A stretch of 64,000 nt of DNA from the human T2T-CHM13v2.0 reference genome, Homo sapiens: NCBI RefSeq assembly GCF_009914755.1, contig NC_060941.1; one strand, 5' to 3'. Numbering within the stretch: the stretch's first letter is position 1; each line of letters starts with the position of its first letter. A program made the translations under genes and the position numbers. Positions 11,601-26,600 of this stretch are shown here, piece by piece. Under the pieces are notes generated by a model. That model worked only from the letters and a program-made list of their open reading frames with translations, was not told the origin of the DNA and searched no databases.

Positions 11601-14600
11601 TGCAAGGGGACATGTAGACCTCTTTGAAGATTTCGTTGGAAACGGAATCATCTTCACATAAAAACTACACAGATGCATTCTCAGGAACTTTTTGGTGATG
11701 TTTGTATTCAACTCCCAGAGTTGAACTTTCCTTTGGAAAGAGCAGCTATGAAACACTGTTTTTCTAGAATCTGCAAGTGGACGTTTGGAGGGCTTTGTGG
11801 TTTGTGGTGGAAAAGGAAATATCTTCACCTAAATACTAGATAGAAGCATTCTCAGAAACTGCTTTGTGATGATTGCATTCACCTCACAGAGTTGAACATT
11901 CCTATTGATAGAGCAGTTTGGAAACACTCTTGTTGTGGAATGTGCAAGTGGAGATTTGGAGCGCTTTGAGGCCTATGGTAGTAAAGGGAATAGCTTCATA
12001 GAAAAACTAGACAGAAGCATTCTCAGAAAATACTTTGTGATGATTGAGTTTAACTCACAGAGCTGAACATTCCTTTGGATGGAGCAGGTTTGAGACACAC
12101 TTTTTGTAGAATCTACAAGTGGATATTTGGACCTCTCTGAGGATTTCGTTGGAAACGGGATAACTGCACCTAACTAAACGGAAGCATTCTCAGAAACTTC
12201 TTGGTGATGTTTGCATTCAAATCCCAGAGTTGAACCTTCCTTTGATAGTTCAGGTTTGAAACACTCTTTTTGTAGGATCTGCAAGTGGATATTTGGACCA
12301 CTCTGTGGCCTTCGTTCGAAACGGGTATATCTTCGCATAAAATCTAGACAGAAGCCTTCTCAGAAACTTCTCTGTGATGATTGCATTCAACTCACAGAGT
12401 TGAACCCTCCTATGGATAGAGCAGTGTTGAAACTCTCTTTTTGTGGAATCTGCAAGTGGATACGTGGACCTCTCCGAAGATGTCTTTGGAAACGGGAATA
12501 TCTTCACATAAAAACTAAACAGAAGCATTCTCAGAAACTTCTCTGTGATGTTTGTGTTCAACTCCCAGAGTTTCACATTGCTTTTCATAGAGTAGTTCTG
12601 AAACATGCTTTTCGTAGTGTCTACAAGTGGACATTTGGAGCGCTTTCAGGCCTGTGGTGGAAAACGAATTATGGTCACATAAAAACTGGAGAGAAGCATT
12701 GTCAGAAACTTCTTTGTGATGATTGCATTCAACTCACAGAGTTGAAGGTTCCTTTTCAAAGAGCAGTTTCCAATCACTCTTTCTGTGGAATCTGCAAGTG
12801 GATATTTGGACCTATTTTGAAGATTTCGTTGGAAACGGGAGAATCTTCACAGGAAAGCTAAACAGAAGCATTCTCAGAAACTTCTTTGTGATGCTTGCAT
12901 TCAACTCACAGAGTTGAACTTTCCTTTCGAGAGAGAAGCTTTGAAACACTCTTTTTCCAGAATCTGCAAGTGGACATTTGGAGGGCTTTGAGGCCTGTGG
13001 TGGAAAAGGAATTATCTTCCCGTAAAAGCTAGATAGAAGCATTCTCAGAAACTACTTTGTGATGATTGCATTCAAGTCACAGAGTTGAACATTCCCTTTG
13101 ACAGAGCAGTTTGGAAACTCTCTTTGTGTAGAATCTGCAAGTGGAGATATGGACCGCTTTGAGGCCTATGGTAGTAAAGGAAATAGCTTCATATAAAAGC
13201 TAGACAGTAGCATTCACAGAAAACTCTTGGTGACGACTGAGTTTAACTCACAGAGCTGAACATTCCTTTGGATGGAGCAGTTTCGAAACACACTATTTGT
13301 AGAATGTGCAAGTGGATATTTAGGCCTCTCTGAGGATTTCGTTGGAAACGGGATAAACCGCACAGAACTAAACAGAAGCATTCTCAGAACCTTCTTCGTG
13401 ATGTTTGCATTCAACTCACAGTGTTGAACCTTTCTTTGATAGTTCAGGTTTGAAACGGTCTTTCTGTAGAAACTGCAAGTAGATATTTGGACCTCTCTGA
13501 GGATTTCGTTGGAAACGGGATAACCCGCACAGAACTAAAACAGAAGCATTCTCAGAACCCTCTTCGTGATGTTTGCATTCAACTCACAGTGCTGAACCTT
13601 TCTTTGATAGTTCAGCTTTGAAACACTCTTTTTGTAGAAACTGCAAGTGGATATTTGGTCCTCTCTGAGCATTTCGTTGGAAACGGGATAAACTGCACAG
13701 AACTAAACAGAAGCATTCTCAGAACCTTCTTCGTGATGTCTGCATTCAACTCACAGTGTGGAACCTTTCTTTGATAGTTCAGGTTTGAAACACTCTTTTT
13801 GTAGAAACTGCAAGGGGATAATTGCACTCTTTGAGGAGTACCGTAGTAAAGGAAATAACTTCCTATAAAAAGAAGACAGAAGCTTTCTCAGAAAATTCTT
13901 TGGGATGATTGAGTTGAACTCACAGAGCTGAGCATTCCTTGCGATGTAGCAGTTTAGAAACACACTTTCTGCAGAATCTGCAAGTGCATATTTGGACCTC
14001 TGTGAGGAATTCGTTGGAAACGGGATAATTTCAGCTGACTAAACAGAAGCAGTCTCAGAATCTTCTTTGTGATGTTTGCATTCAAATCCCCGAGTTGAAC
14101 TTTCCTTTCAAAGTTCACGTTTGAAACACTCTTTTTGCAGGATCTACAAGTGGATATTTGGACCACTCTGTGTCCTTCGATCGAAACGGGTATATCTTCA
14201 CATGACATCTAGACAGAAGCATCCTCAGAAGCTTCTCTGTGATGACTGCATTCAACTCACGGAGTTGAACACTCCTTTTGAGAGCGCAGTTTTGAAACTC
14301 TCTTTCTGTGGCATCTGCAAGGGGACATGTAGACCTCTTTGAAGATTTCGTTGGAAACGGAATCATCTTCACATAAAAACTACACAGATGCATTCTCAGG
14401 AACTTTTTGGTGATGTTTGTATTCAACTCCCAGAGTTGAACTTTCCTTTGGAAAGAGCAGCTATGAAACACTGTTTTTCTAGAATCTGCAAGTGGACGTT
14501 TGGAGGGCTTTGTGGTTTGTGGTGGAAAAGGAAATATCTTCACCTAAATACTAGATAGAAGCATTCTCAGAAACTGCTTTGTGATGATTGCATTCACCTC

Positions 14601-17600
14601 ACAGAGTTGAACATTCCTATTGATAGAGCAGTTTGGAAACACTCTTGTTGTGGAATGTGCAAGTGGAGATTTGGAGCGCTTTGAGGCCTATGGTAGTAAA
14701 GGGAATAGCTTCATAGAAAAACTAGACAGAAGCATTCTCAGAAAATACTTTGTGATGATTGAGTTTAACTCACAGAGCTGAACATTCCTTTGGATGGAGC
14801 AGGTTTGAGACACACTTTTTGTAGAATCTACAAGTGGATATTTGGACCTCTCTGAGGATTTCGTTGGAAACGGGATAACTGCACCTAACTAAACGGAAGC
14901 ATTCTCAGAAACTTCTTGGTGATGTTTGCATTCAAATCCCAGAGTTGAACCTTCCTTTGATAGTTCAGGTTTGAAACACTCTTTTTGTAGGATCTGCAAG
15001 TGGATATTTGGACCACTCTGTGGCCTTCGTTCGAAACGGGTATATCTTCGCATAAAATCTAGACAGAAGCCTTCTCAGAAACTTCTCTGTGATGATTGCA
15101 TTCAACTCACAGAGTTGAACCCTCCTATGGATAGAGCAGTGTTGAAACTCTCTTTTTGTGGAATCTGCAAGTGGATACGTGGACCTCTCCGAAGATGTCT
15201 TTGGAAACGGGAATATCTTCACATAAAAACTAAACAGAAGCATTCTCAGAAACTTCTCTGTGATGTTTGTGTTCAACTCCCAGAGTTTCACATTGCTTTT
15301 CATAGAGTAGTTCTGAAACATGCTTTTCGTAGTGTCTACAAGTGGACATTTGGAGCGCTTTCAGGCCTGTGGTGGAAAACGAATTATGGTCACATAAAAA
15401 CTGGAGAGAAGCATTGTCAGAAACTTCTTTGTGATGATTGCATTCAACTCACAGAGTTGAAGGTTCCTTTTCAAAGAGCAGTTTCCAATCACTCTTTCTG
15501 TGGAATCTGCAAGTGGATATTTGGACCTATTTTGAAGATTTCGTTGGAAACGGGAGAATCTTCACAGGAAAGCTAAACAGAAGCATTCTCAGAAACTTCT
15601 TTGTGATGCTTGCATTCAACTCACAGAGTTGAACTTTCCTTTCGAGAGAGAAGCTTTGAAACACTCTTTTTCCAGAATCTGCAAGTGGACATTTGGAGGG
15701 CTTTGAGGCCTGTGGTGGAAAAGGAATTATCTTCCCGTAAAAGCTAGATAGAAGCATTCTCAGAAACTACTTTGTGATGATTGCATTCAAGTCACAGAGT
15801 TGAACATTCCCTTTGACAGAGCAGTTTGGAAACTCTCTTTGTGTAGAATCTGCAAGTGGAGATATGGACCGCTTTGAGGCCTATGGTAGTAAAGGAAATA
15901 GCTTCATATAAAAGCTAGACAGTAGCATTCACAGAAAACTCTTGGTGACGACTGAGTTTAACTCACAGAGCTGAACATTCCTTTGGATGGAGCAGTTTCG
16001 AAACACACTATTTGTAGAATGTGCAAGTGGATATTTAGGCCTCTCTGAGGATTTCGTTGGAAACGGGATAAACCGCACAGAACTAAACAGAAGCATTCTC
16101 AGAACCTTCTTCGTGATGTTTGCATTCAACTCACAGTGTTGAACCTTTCTTTGATAGTTCAGGTTTGAAACGGTCTTTCTGTAGAAACTGCAAGTAGATA
16201 TTTGGACCTCTCTGAGGATTTCGTTGGAAACGGGATAACCCGCACAGAACTAAAACAGAAGCATTCTCAGAACCCTCTTCGTGATGTTTGCATTCAACTC
16301 ACAGTGCTGAACCTTTCTTTGATAGTTCAGCTTTGAAACACTCTTTTTGTAGAAACTGCAAGTGGATATTTGGTCCTCTCTGAGCATTTCGTTGGAAACG
16401 GGATAAACTGCACAGAACTAAACAGAAGCATTCTCAGAACCTTCTTCGTGATGTCTGCATTCAACTCACAGTGTGGAACCTTTCTTTGATAGTTCAGGTT
16501 TGAAACACTCTTTTTGTAGAAACTGCAAGGGGATAATTGCACTCTTTGAGGAGTACCGTAGTAAAGGAAATAACTTCCTATAAAAAGAAGACAGAAGCTT
16601 TCTCAGAAAATTCTTTGGGATGATTGAGTTGAACTCACAGAGCTGAGCATTCCTTGCGATGTAGCAGTTTAGAAACACACTTTCTGCAGAATCTGCAAGT
16701 GCATATTTGGACCTCTGTGAGGAATTCGTTGGAAACGGGATAATTTCAGCTGACTAAACAGAAGCAGTCTCAGAATCTTCTTTGTGATGTTTGCATTCAA
16801 ATCCCCGAGTTGAACTTTCCTTTCAAAGTTCACGTTTGAAACACTCTTTTTGCAGGATCTACAAGTGGATATTTGGACCACTCTGTGTCCTTCGATCGAA
16901 ACGGGTATATCTTCACATGACATCTAGACAGAAGCATCCTCAGAAGCTTCTCTGTGATGACTGCATTCAACTCACGGAGTTGAACACTCCTTTTGAGAGC
17001 GCAGTTTTGAAACTCTCTTTCTGTGGCATCTGCAAGGGGACATGTAGACCTCTTTGAAGATTTCGTTGGAAACGGAATCATCTTCACATAAAAACTACAC
17101 AGATGCATTCTCAGGAACTTTTTGGTGATGTTTGTATTCAACTCCCAGAGTTGAACTTTCCTTTGGAAAGAGCAGCTATGAAACACTGTTTTTCTAGAAT
17201 CTGCAAGTGGACGTTTGGAGGGCTTTGTGGTTTGTGGTGGAAAAGGAAATATCTTCACCTAAATACTAGATAGAAGCATTCTCAGAAACTGCTTTGTGAT
17301 GATTGCATTCACCTCACAGAGTTGAACATTCCTATTGATAGAGCAGTTTGGAAACACTCTTGTTGTGGAATGTGCAAGTGGAGATTTGGAGCGCTTTGAG
17401 GCCTATGGTAGTAAAGGGAATAGCTTCATAGAAAAACTAGACAGAAGCATTCTCAGAAAATACTTTGTGATGATTGAGTTTAACTCACAGAGCTGAACAT
17501 TCCTTTGGATGGAGCAGGTTTGAGACACACTTTTTGTAGAATCTACAAGTGGATATTTGGACCTCTCTGAGGATTTCGTTGGAAACGGGATAACTGCACC

Positions 17601-20600
17601 TAACTAAACGGAAGCATTCTCAGAAACTTCTTGGTGATGTTTGCATTCAAATCCCAGAGTTGAACCTTCCTTTGATAGTTCAGGTTTGAAACACTCTTTT
17701 TGTAGGATCTGCAAGTGGATATTTGGACCACTCTGTGGCCTTCGTTCGAAACGGGTATATCTTCGCATAAAATCTAGACAGAAGCCTTCTCAGAAACTTC
17801 TCTGTGATGATTGCATTCAACTCACAGAGTTGAACCCTCCTATGGATAGAGCAGTGTTGAAACTCTCTTTTTGTGGAATCTGCAAGTGGATACGTGGACC
17901 TCTCCGAAGATGTCTTTGGAAACGGGAATATCTTCACATAAAAACTAAACAGAAGCATTCTCAGAAACTTCTCTGTGATGTTTGTGTTCAACTCCCAGAG
18001 TTTCACATTGCTTTTCATAGAGTAGTTCTGAAACATGCTTTTCGTAGTGTCTACAAGTGGACATTTGGAGCGCTTTCAGGCCTGTGGTGGAAAACGAATT
18101 ATGGTCACATAAAAACTGGAGAGAAGCATTGTCAGAAACTTCTTTGTGATGATTGCATTCAACTCACAGAGTTGAAGGTTCCTTTTCAAAGAGCAGTTTC
18201 CAATCACTCTTTCTGTGGAATCTGCAAGTGGATATTTGGACCTATTTTGAAGATTTCGTTGGAAACGGGAGAATCTTCACAGGAAAGCTAAACAGAAGCA
18301 TTCTCAGAAACTTCTTTGTGATGCTTGCATTCAACTCACAGAGTTGAACTTTCCTTTCGAGAGAGAAGCTTTGAAACACTCTTTTTCCAGAATCTGCAAG
18401 TGGACATTTGGAGGGCTTTGAGGCCTGTGGTGGAAAAGGAATTATCTTCCCGTAAAAGCTAGATAGAAGCATTCTCAGAAACTACTTTGTGATGATTGCA
18501 TTCAAGTCACAGAGTTGAACATTCCCTTTGACAGAGCAGTTTGGAAACTCTCTTTGTGTAGAATCTGCAAGTGGAGATATGGACCGCTTTGAGGCCTATG
18601 GTAGTAAAGGAAATAGCTTCATATAAAAGCTAGACAGTAGCATTCACAGAAAACTCTTGGTGACGACTGAGTTTAACTCACAGAGCTGAACATTCCTTTG
18701 GATGGAGCAGTTTCGAAACACACTATTTGTAGAATGTGCAAGTGGATATTTAGGCCTCTCTGAGGATTTCGTTGGAAACGGGATAAACCGCACAGAACTA
18801 AACAGAAGCATTCTCAGAACCTTCTTCGTGATGTTTGCATTCAACTCACAGTGTTGAACCTTTCTTTGATAGTTCAGGTTTGAAACGGTCTTTCTGTAGA
18901 AACTGCAAGTAGATATTTGGACCTCTCTGAGGATTTCGTTGGAAACGGGATAACCCGCACAGAACTAAAACAGAAGCATTCTCAGAACCCTCTTCGTGAT
19001 GTTTGCATTCAACTCACAGTGCTGAACCTTTCTTTGATAGTTCAGCTTTGAAACACTCTTTTTGTAGAAACTGCAAGTGGATATTTGGTCCTCTCTGAGC
19101 ATTTCGTTGGAAACGGGATAAACTGCACAGAACTAAACAGAAGCATTCTCAGAACCTTCTTCGTGATGTCTGCATTCAACTCACAGTGTGGAACCTTTCT
19201 TTGATAGTTCAGGTTTGAAACACTCTTTTTGTAGAAACTGCAAGGGGATAATTGCACTCTTTGAGGAGTACCGTAGTAAAGGAAATAACTTCCTATAAAA
19301 AGAAGACAGAAGCTTTCTCAGAAAATTCTTTGGGATGATTGAGTTGAACTCACAGAGCTGAGCATTCCTTGCGATGTAGCAGTTTAGAAACACACTTTCT
19401 GCAGAATCTGCAAGTGCATATTTGGACCTCTGTGAGGAATTCGTTGGAAACGGGATAATTTCAGCTGACTAAACAGAAGCAGTCTCAGAATCTTCTTTGT
19501 GATGTTTGCATTCAAATCCCCGAGTTGAACTTTCCTTTCAAAGTTCACGTTTGAAACACTCTTTTTGCAGGATCTACAAGTGGATATTTGGACCACTCTG
19601 TGTCCTTCGATCGAAACGGGTATATCTTCACATGACATCTAGACAGAAGCATCCTCAGAAGCTTCTCTGTGATGACTGCATTCAACTCACGGAGTTGAAC
19701 ACTCCTTTTGAGAGCGCAGTTTTGAAACTCTCTTTCTGTGGCATCTGCAAGGGGACATGTAGACCTCTTTGAAGATTTCGTTGGAAACGGAATCATCTTC
19801 ACATAAAAACTACACAGATGCATTCTCAGGAACTTTTTGGTGATGTTTGTATTCAACTCCCAGAGTTGAACTTTCCTTTGGAAAGAGCAGCTATGAAACA
19901 CTGTTTTTCTAGAATCTGCAAGTGGACGTTTGGAGGGCTTTGTGGTTTGTGGTGGAAAAGGAAATATCTTCACCTAAATACTAGATAGAAGCATTCTCAG
20001 AAACTGCTTTGTGATGATTGCATTCACCTCACAGAGTTGAACATTCCTATTGATAGAGCAGTTTGGAAACACTCTTGTTGTGGAATGTGCAAGTGGAGAT
20101 TTGGAGCGCTTTGAGGCCTATGGTAGTAAAGGGAATAGCTTCATAGAAAAACTAGACAGAAGCATTCTCAGAAAATACTTTGTGATGATTGAGTTTAACT
20201 CACAGAGCTGAACATTCCTTTGGATGGAGCAGGTTTGAGACACACTTTTTGTAGAATCTACAAGTGGATATTTGGACCTCTCTGAGGATTTCGTTGGAAA
20301 CGGGATAACTGCACCTAACTAAACGGAAGCATTCTCAGAAACTTCTTGGTGATGTTTGCATTCAAATCCCAGAGTTGAACCTTCCTTTGATAGTTCAGGT
20401 TTGAAACACTCTTTTTGTAGGATCTGCAAGTGGATATTTGGACCACTCTGTGGCCTTCGTTCGAAACGGGTATATCTTCGCATAAAATCTAGACAGAAGC
20501 CTTCTCAGAAACTTCTCTGTGATGATTGCATTCAACTCACAGAGTTGAACCCTCCTATGGATAGAGCAGTGTTGAAACTCTCTTTTTGTGGAATCTGCAA

Positions 20601-23600
20601 GTGGATACGTGGACCTCTCCGAAGATGTCTTTGGAAACGGGAATATCTTCACATAAAAACTAAACAGAAGCATTCTCAGAAACTTCTCTGTGATGTTTGT
20701 GTTCAACTCCCAGAGTTTCACATTGCTTTTCATAGAGTAGTTCTGAAACATGCTTTTCGTAGTGTCTACAAGTGGACATTTGGAGCGCTTTCAGGCCTGT
20801 GGTGGAAAACGAATTATGGTCACATAAAAACTGGAGAGAAGCATTGTCAGAAACTTCTTTGTGATGATTGCATTCAACTCACAGAGTTGAAGGTTCCTTT
20901 TCAAAGAGCAGTTTCCAATCACTCTTTCTGTGGAATCTGCAAGTGGATATTTGGACCTATTTTGAAGATTTCGTTGGAAACGGGAGAATCTTCACAGGAA
21001 AGCTAAACAGAAGCATTCTCAGAAACTTCTTTGTGATGCTTGCATTCAACTCACAGAGTTGAACTTTCCTTTCGAGAGAGAAGCTTTGAAACACTCTTTT
21101 TCCAGAATCTGCAAGTGGACATTTGGAGGGCTTTGAGGCCTGTGGTGGAAAAGGAATTATCTTCCCGTAAAAGCTAGATAGAAGCATTCTCAGAAACTAC
21201 TTTGTGATGATTGCATTCAAGTCACAGAGTTGAACATTCCCTTTGACAGAGCAGTTTGGAAACTCTCTTTGTGTAGAATCTGCAAGTGGAGATATGGACC
21301 GCTTTGAGGCCTATGGTAGTAAAGGAAATAGCTTCATATAAAAGCTAGACAGTAGCATTCACAGAAAACTCTTGGTGACGACTGAGTTTAACTCACAGAG
21401 CTGAACATTCCTTTGGATGGAGCAGTTTCGAAACACACTATTTGTAGAATGTGCAAGTGGATATTTAGGCCTCTCTGAGGATTTCGTTGGAAACGGGATA
21501 AACCGCACAGAACTAAACAGAAGCATTCTCAGAACCTTCTTCGTGATGTTTGCATTCAACTCACAGTGTTGAACCTTTCTTTGATAGTTCAGGTTTGAAA
21601 CGGTCTTTCTGTAGAAACTGCAAGTAGATATTTGGACCTCTCTGAGGATTTCGTTGGAAACGGGATAACCCGCACAGAACTAAAACAGAAGCATTCTCAG
21701 AACCCTCTTCGTGATGTTTGCATTCAACTCACAGTGCTGAACCTTTCTTTGATAGTTCAGCTTTGAAACACTCTTTTTGTAGAAACTGCAAGTGGATATT
21801 TGGTCCTCTCTGAGCATTTCGTTGGAAACGGGATAAACTGCACAGAACTAAACAGAAGCATTCTCAGAACCTTCTTCGTGATGTCTGCATTCAACTCACA
21901 GTGTGGAACCTTTCTTTGATAGTTCAGGTTTGAAACACTCTTTTTGTAGAAACTGCAAGGGGATAATTGCACTCTTTGAGGAGTACCGTAGTAAAGGAAA
22001 TAACTTCCTATAAAAAGAAGACAGAAGCTTTCTCAGAAAATTCTTTGGGATGATTGAGTTGAACTCACAGAGCTGAGCATTCCTTGCGATGTAGCAGTTT
22101 AGAAACACACTTTCTGCAGAATCTGCAAGTGCATATTTGGACCTCTGTGAGGAATTCGTTGGAAACGGGATAATTTCAGCTGACTAAACAGAAGCAGTCT
22201 CAGAATCTTCTTTGTGATGTTTGCATTCAAATCCCCGAGTTGAACTTTCCTTTCAAAGTTCACGTTTGAAACACTCTTTTTGCAGGATCTACAAGTGGAT
22301 ATTTGGACCACTCTGTGTCCTTCGATCGAAACGGGTATATCTTCACATGACATCTAGACAGAAGCATCCTCAGAAGCTTCTCTGTGATGACTGCATTCAA
22401 CTCACGGAGTTGAACACTCCTTTTGAGAGCGCAGTTTTGAAACTCTCTTTCTGTGGCATCTGCAAGGGGACATGTAGACCTCTTTGAAGATTTCGTTGGA
22501 AACGGAATCATCTTCACATAAAAACTATACAGATGCATTCTCAGGAACTTTTTGGTGATGTTTGTATTCAACTCCCAGAGTTGAACTTTCCTTTGGAAAG
22601 AGCAGCTATGAAACACTCTTTTTCTAGAATCTGCAAGTGGACGTTTGGAGGGCTTTGTGGTTTGTGGTGGAAAAGGAAATATCTTCACCTAAATACTAGA
22701 TAGAAGCATTCTCAGAAACTGCTTTGTGATGATTGCATTCACCTCACAGAGTTGAACATTCCTATTGATAGAGCAGTTTGGAAACACTCTTGTTGTGGAA
22801 TGTGCAAGTGGAGATTTGGAGCGCTTTGAGGCCTATGGTAGTAAAGGGAATAGCTTCATAGAAAAACTAGACAGAAGCATTCTCAGAAAATACTTTGTGA
22901 TGATTGAGTTTAACTCACAGAGCTGAACATTCCTTTGGATGGAGCAGGTTTGAGACACACTTTTTGTAGAATCTACAAGTGGATATTTGGACCTCTCTGA
23001 GGATTTCGTTGGAAACGGGATAACTGCACCTAACTAAACGGAAGCATTCTCAGAAACTTCTTGGTGATGTTTGCATTCAAATCCCAGAGTTGAACCTTCC
23101 TTTGATAGTTCAGGTTTGAAACACTCTTTTTGTAGGATCTGCAAGTGGATATTTGGACCACTCTGTGGCCTTCGTTCGAAACGGGTATATCTTCGCATAA
23201 AATCTAGACAGAAGCCTTCTCAGAAACTTCTCTGTGATGATTGCATTCAACTCACAGAGTTGAACCCTCCTATGGATAGAGCAGTGTTGAAACTCTCTTT
23301 TTGTGGAATCTGCAAGTGGATACGTGGACCTCTCCGAAGATGTCTTTGGAAACGGGAATATCTTCACATAAAAACTAAACAGAAGCATTCTCAGAAACTT
23401 CTCTGTGATGTTTGTGTTCAACTCCCAGAGTTTCACATTGCTTTTCATAGAGTAGTTCTGAAACATTCTTTTCGTAGTGTCTACAAGTGGACATTTGGAG
23501 CGCTTTCAGGCCTGTGGTGGAAAACGAATTATGGTCACATAAAAACTGGAGAGAAGCATTGTCAGAAACTTCTTTGTGATGATTGCATTCAACTCACAGA

Positions 23601-26600
23601 GTTGAAGGTTCCTTTTCAAAGAGCAGTTTCCAATCACTCTTTCTGTGGAATCTGCAAGTGGATATTTGGACCTATTTTGAAGATTTCGTTGGAAACGGGA
23701 GAATCTTCACAGGAAAGCTAAACAGAAGCATTCTCAGAAACTTCTTTGTGATGCTTGCATTCAACTCACAGAGTTGAACTTTCCTTTCGAGAGAGAAGCT
23801 TTGAAACACTCTTTTTCCAGAATCTGCAAGTGGACATTTGGAGGGCTTTGAGGCCTGTGGTGGAAAAGGAATTATCTTCCCGTAAAAGCTAGATAGAAGC
23901 ATTCTCAGAAACTACTTTGTGATGATTGCATTCAAGTCACAGAGTTGAACATTCCCTTTGACAGAGCAGTTTGGAAACTCTCTTTGTGTAGAATCTGCAA
24001 GTGGAGATATGGACCGCTTTGAGGCCTATGGTAGTAAAGGAAATAGCTTCATATAAAAGCTAGACAGTAGCATTCACAGAAAACTCTTGGTGACGACTGA
24101 GTTTAACTCACAGAGCTGAACATTCCTTTGGATGGAGCAGTTTCGAAACACACTATTTGTAGAATGTGCAAGTGGATATTTAGGCCTCTCTGAGGATTTC
24201 GTTGGAAACGGGATAAACCGCACAGAACTAAACAGAAGCATTCTCAGAACCTTCTTCGTGATGTTTGCATTCAACTCACAGTGTTGAACCTTTCTTTGAT
24301 AGTTCAGGTTTGAAACGGTCTTTCTGTAGAAACTGCAAGTAGATATTTGGACCTCTCTGAGGATTTCGTTGGAAACGGGATAACCCGCACAGAACTAAAA
24401 CAGAAGCATTCTCAGAACCCTCTTCGTGATGTTTGCATTCAACTCACAGTGCTGAACCTTTCTTTGATAGTTCAGCTTTGAAACACTCTTTTTGTAGAAA
24501 CTGCAAGTGGATATTTGGTCCTCTCTGAGGATTTCGTTGGAAACGGGATAAACTGCACAGAACTAAACAGAAGCATTCTCAGAACCTTCTTCGTGATGTC
24601 TGCATTCAACTCACAGTGTGGAACCTTTCTTTGATAGTTCAGGTTTGAAACACTCTTTTTGTAGAAACTGCAAGGGGATAATTGCACTCTTTGAGGAGTA
24701 CCGTAGTAAAGGAAATAACTTCCTATAAAAAGAAGACAGAAGCTTTCTCAGAAAATTCTTTGGGATGATTGAGTTGAACTCACAGAGCTGAGCATTCCTT
24801 GCGATGTAGCAGTTTAGAAACACACTTTCTGCAGAATCTGCAAGTGCATATTTGGACCTCTGTGAGGAATTCGTTGGAAACGGGATAATTTCAGCTGACT
24901 AAACAGAAGCAGTCTCAGAATCTTCTTTGTGATGTTTGCATTCAAATCCCCGAGTTGAACTTTCCTTTCAAAGTTCACGTTTGAAACACTCTTTATGCAG
25001 GATCTACAAGTGGATATTTGGACCACTCTGTGTCCTTCGATCGAAACGGGTATATCTTCACATGACATCTAGACAGAAGCATCCTCAGAAGCTTCTCTGT
25101 GATGACTGCATTCAACTCACGGAGTTGAACACTCCTTTTGAGAGCGCAGTTTTGAAACTCTCTTTCTGTGGCATCTGCAAGGGGACATGTAGACCTCTTT
25201 GAAGATTTCGTTGGAAACGGAATCATCTTCACATAAAAACTATACAGATGCATTCTCAGGAACTTTTTGGTGATGTTTGTATTCAACTCCCAGAGTTGAA
25301 CTTTCCTTTGGAAAGAGCAGCTATGAAACACTCTTTTTCTAGAATCTGCAAGTGGACGTTTGGAGGGCTTTGTGGTTTGTGGTGGAAAAGGAAATATCTT
25401 CACCTAAATACTAGATAGAAGCATTCTCAGAAACTGCTTTGTGATGATTGCATTCACCTCACAGAGTTGAACATTCCTATTGATAGAGCAGTTTGGAAAC
25501 ACTCTTGTTGTGGAATGTGCAAGTGGAGATTTGGAGCGCTTTGAGGCCTATGGTAGTAAAGGGAATAGCTTCATAGAAAAACTAGACAGAAGCATTCTCA
25601 GAAAATACTTTGTGATGATTGAGTTTAACTCACAGAGCTGAACATTCCTTTGGATGGAGCAGGTTTGAGACACACTTTTTGTAGAATCTACAAGTGGATA
25701 TTTGGACCTCTCTGAGGATTTCGTTGGAAACGGGATAACTGCACCTAACTAAACGGAAGCATTCTCAGAAACTTCTTGGTGATGTTTGCATTCAAATCCC
25801 AGAGTTGAACCTTCCTTTGATAGTTCAGGTTTGAAACACTCTTTTTGTAGGATCTGCAAGTGGATATTTGGACCACTCTGTGGCCTTCGTTCGAAACGGG
25901 TATATCTTCGCATAAAATCTAGACAGAAGCCTTCTCAGAAACTTCTCTGTGATGATTGCATTCAACTCACAGAGTTGAACCCTCCTATGGATAGAGCAGT
26001 GTTGAAACTCTCTTTTTGTGGAATCTGCAAGTGGATACGTGGACCTCTCCGAAGATGTCTTTGGAAACGGGAATATCTTCACATAAAAACTAAACAGAAG
26101 CATTCTCAGAAACTTCTCTGTGATGTTTGTGTTCAACTCCCAGAGTTTCACATTGCTTTTCATAGAGTAGTTCTGAAACATTCTTTTCGTAGTGTCTACA
26201 AGTGGACATTTGGAGCGCTTTCAGGCCTGTGGTGGAAAACGAATTATGGTCACATAAAAACTGGAGAGAAGCATTGTCAGAAACTTCTTTGTGATGATTG
26301 CATTCAACTCACAGAGTTGAAGGTTCCTTTTCAAAGAGCAGTTTCCAATCACTCTTTCTGTGGAATCTGCAAGTGGATATTTGGACCTATTTTGAAGATT
26401 TCGTTGGAAACGGGAGAATCTTCACAGGAAAGCTAAACAGAAGCATTCTCAGAAACTTCTTTGTGATGCTTGCATTCAACTCACAGAGTTGAACTTTCCT
26501 TTCGAGAGAGAAGCTTTGAAACACTCTTTTTCCAGAATCTGCAAGTGGACATTTGGAGGGCTTTGAGGCCTGTGGTGGAAAAGGAATTATCTTCCCGTAA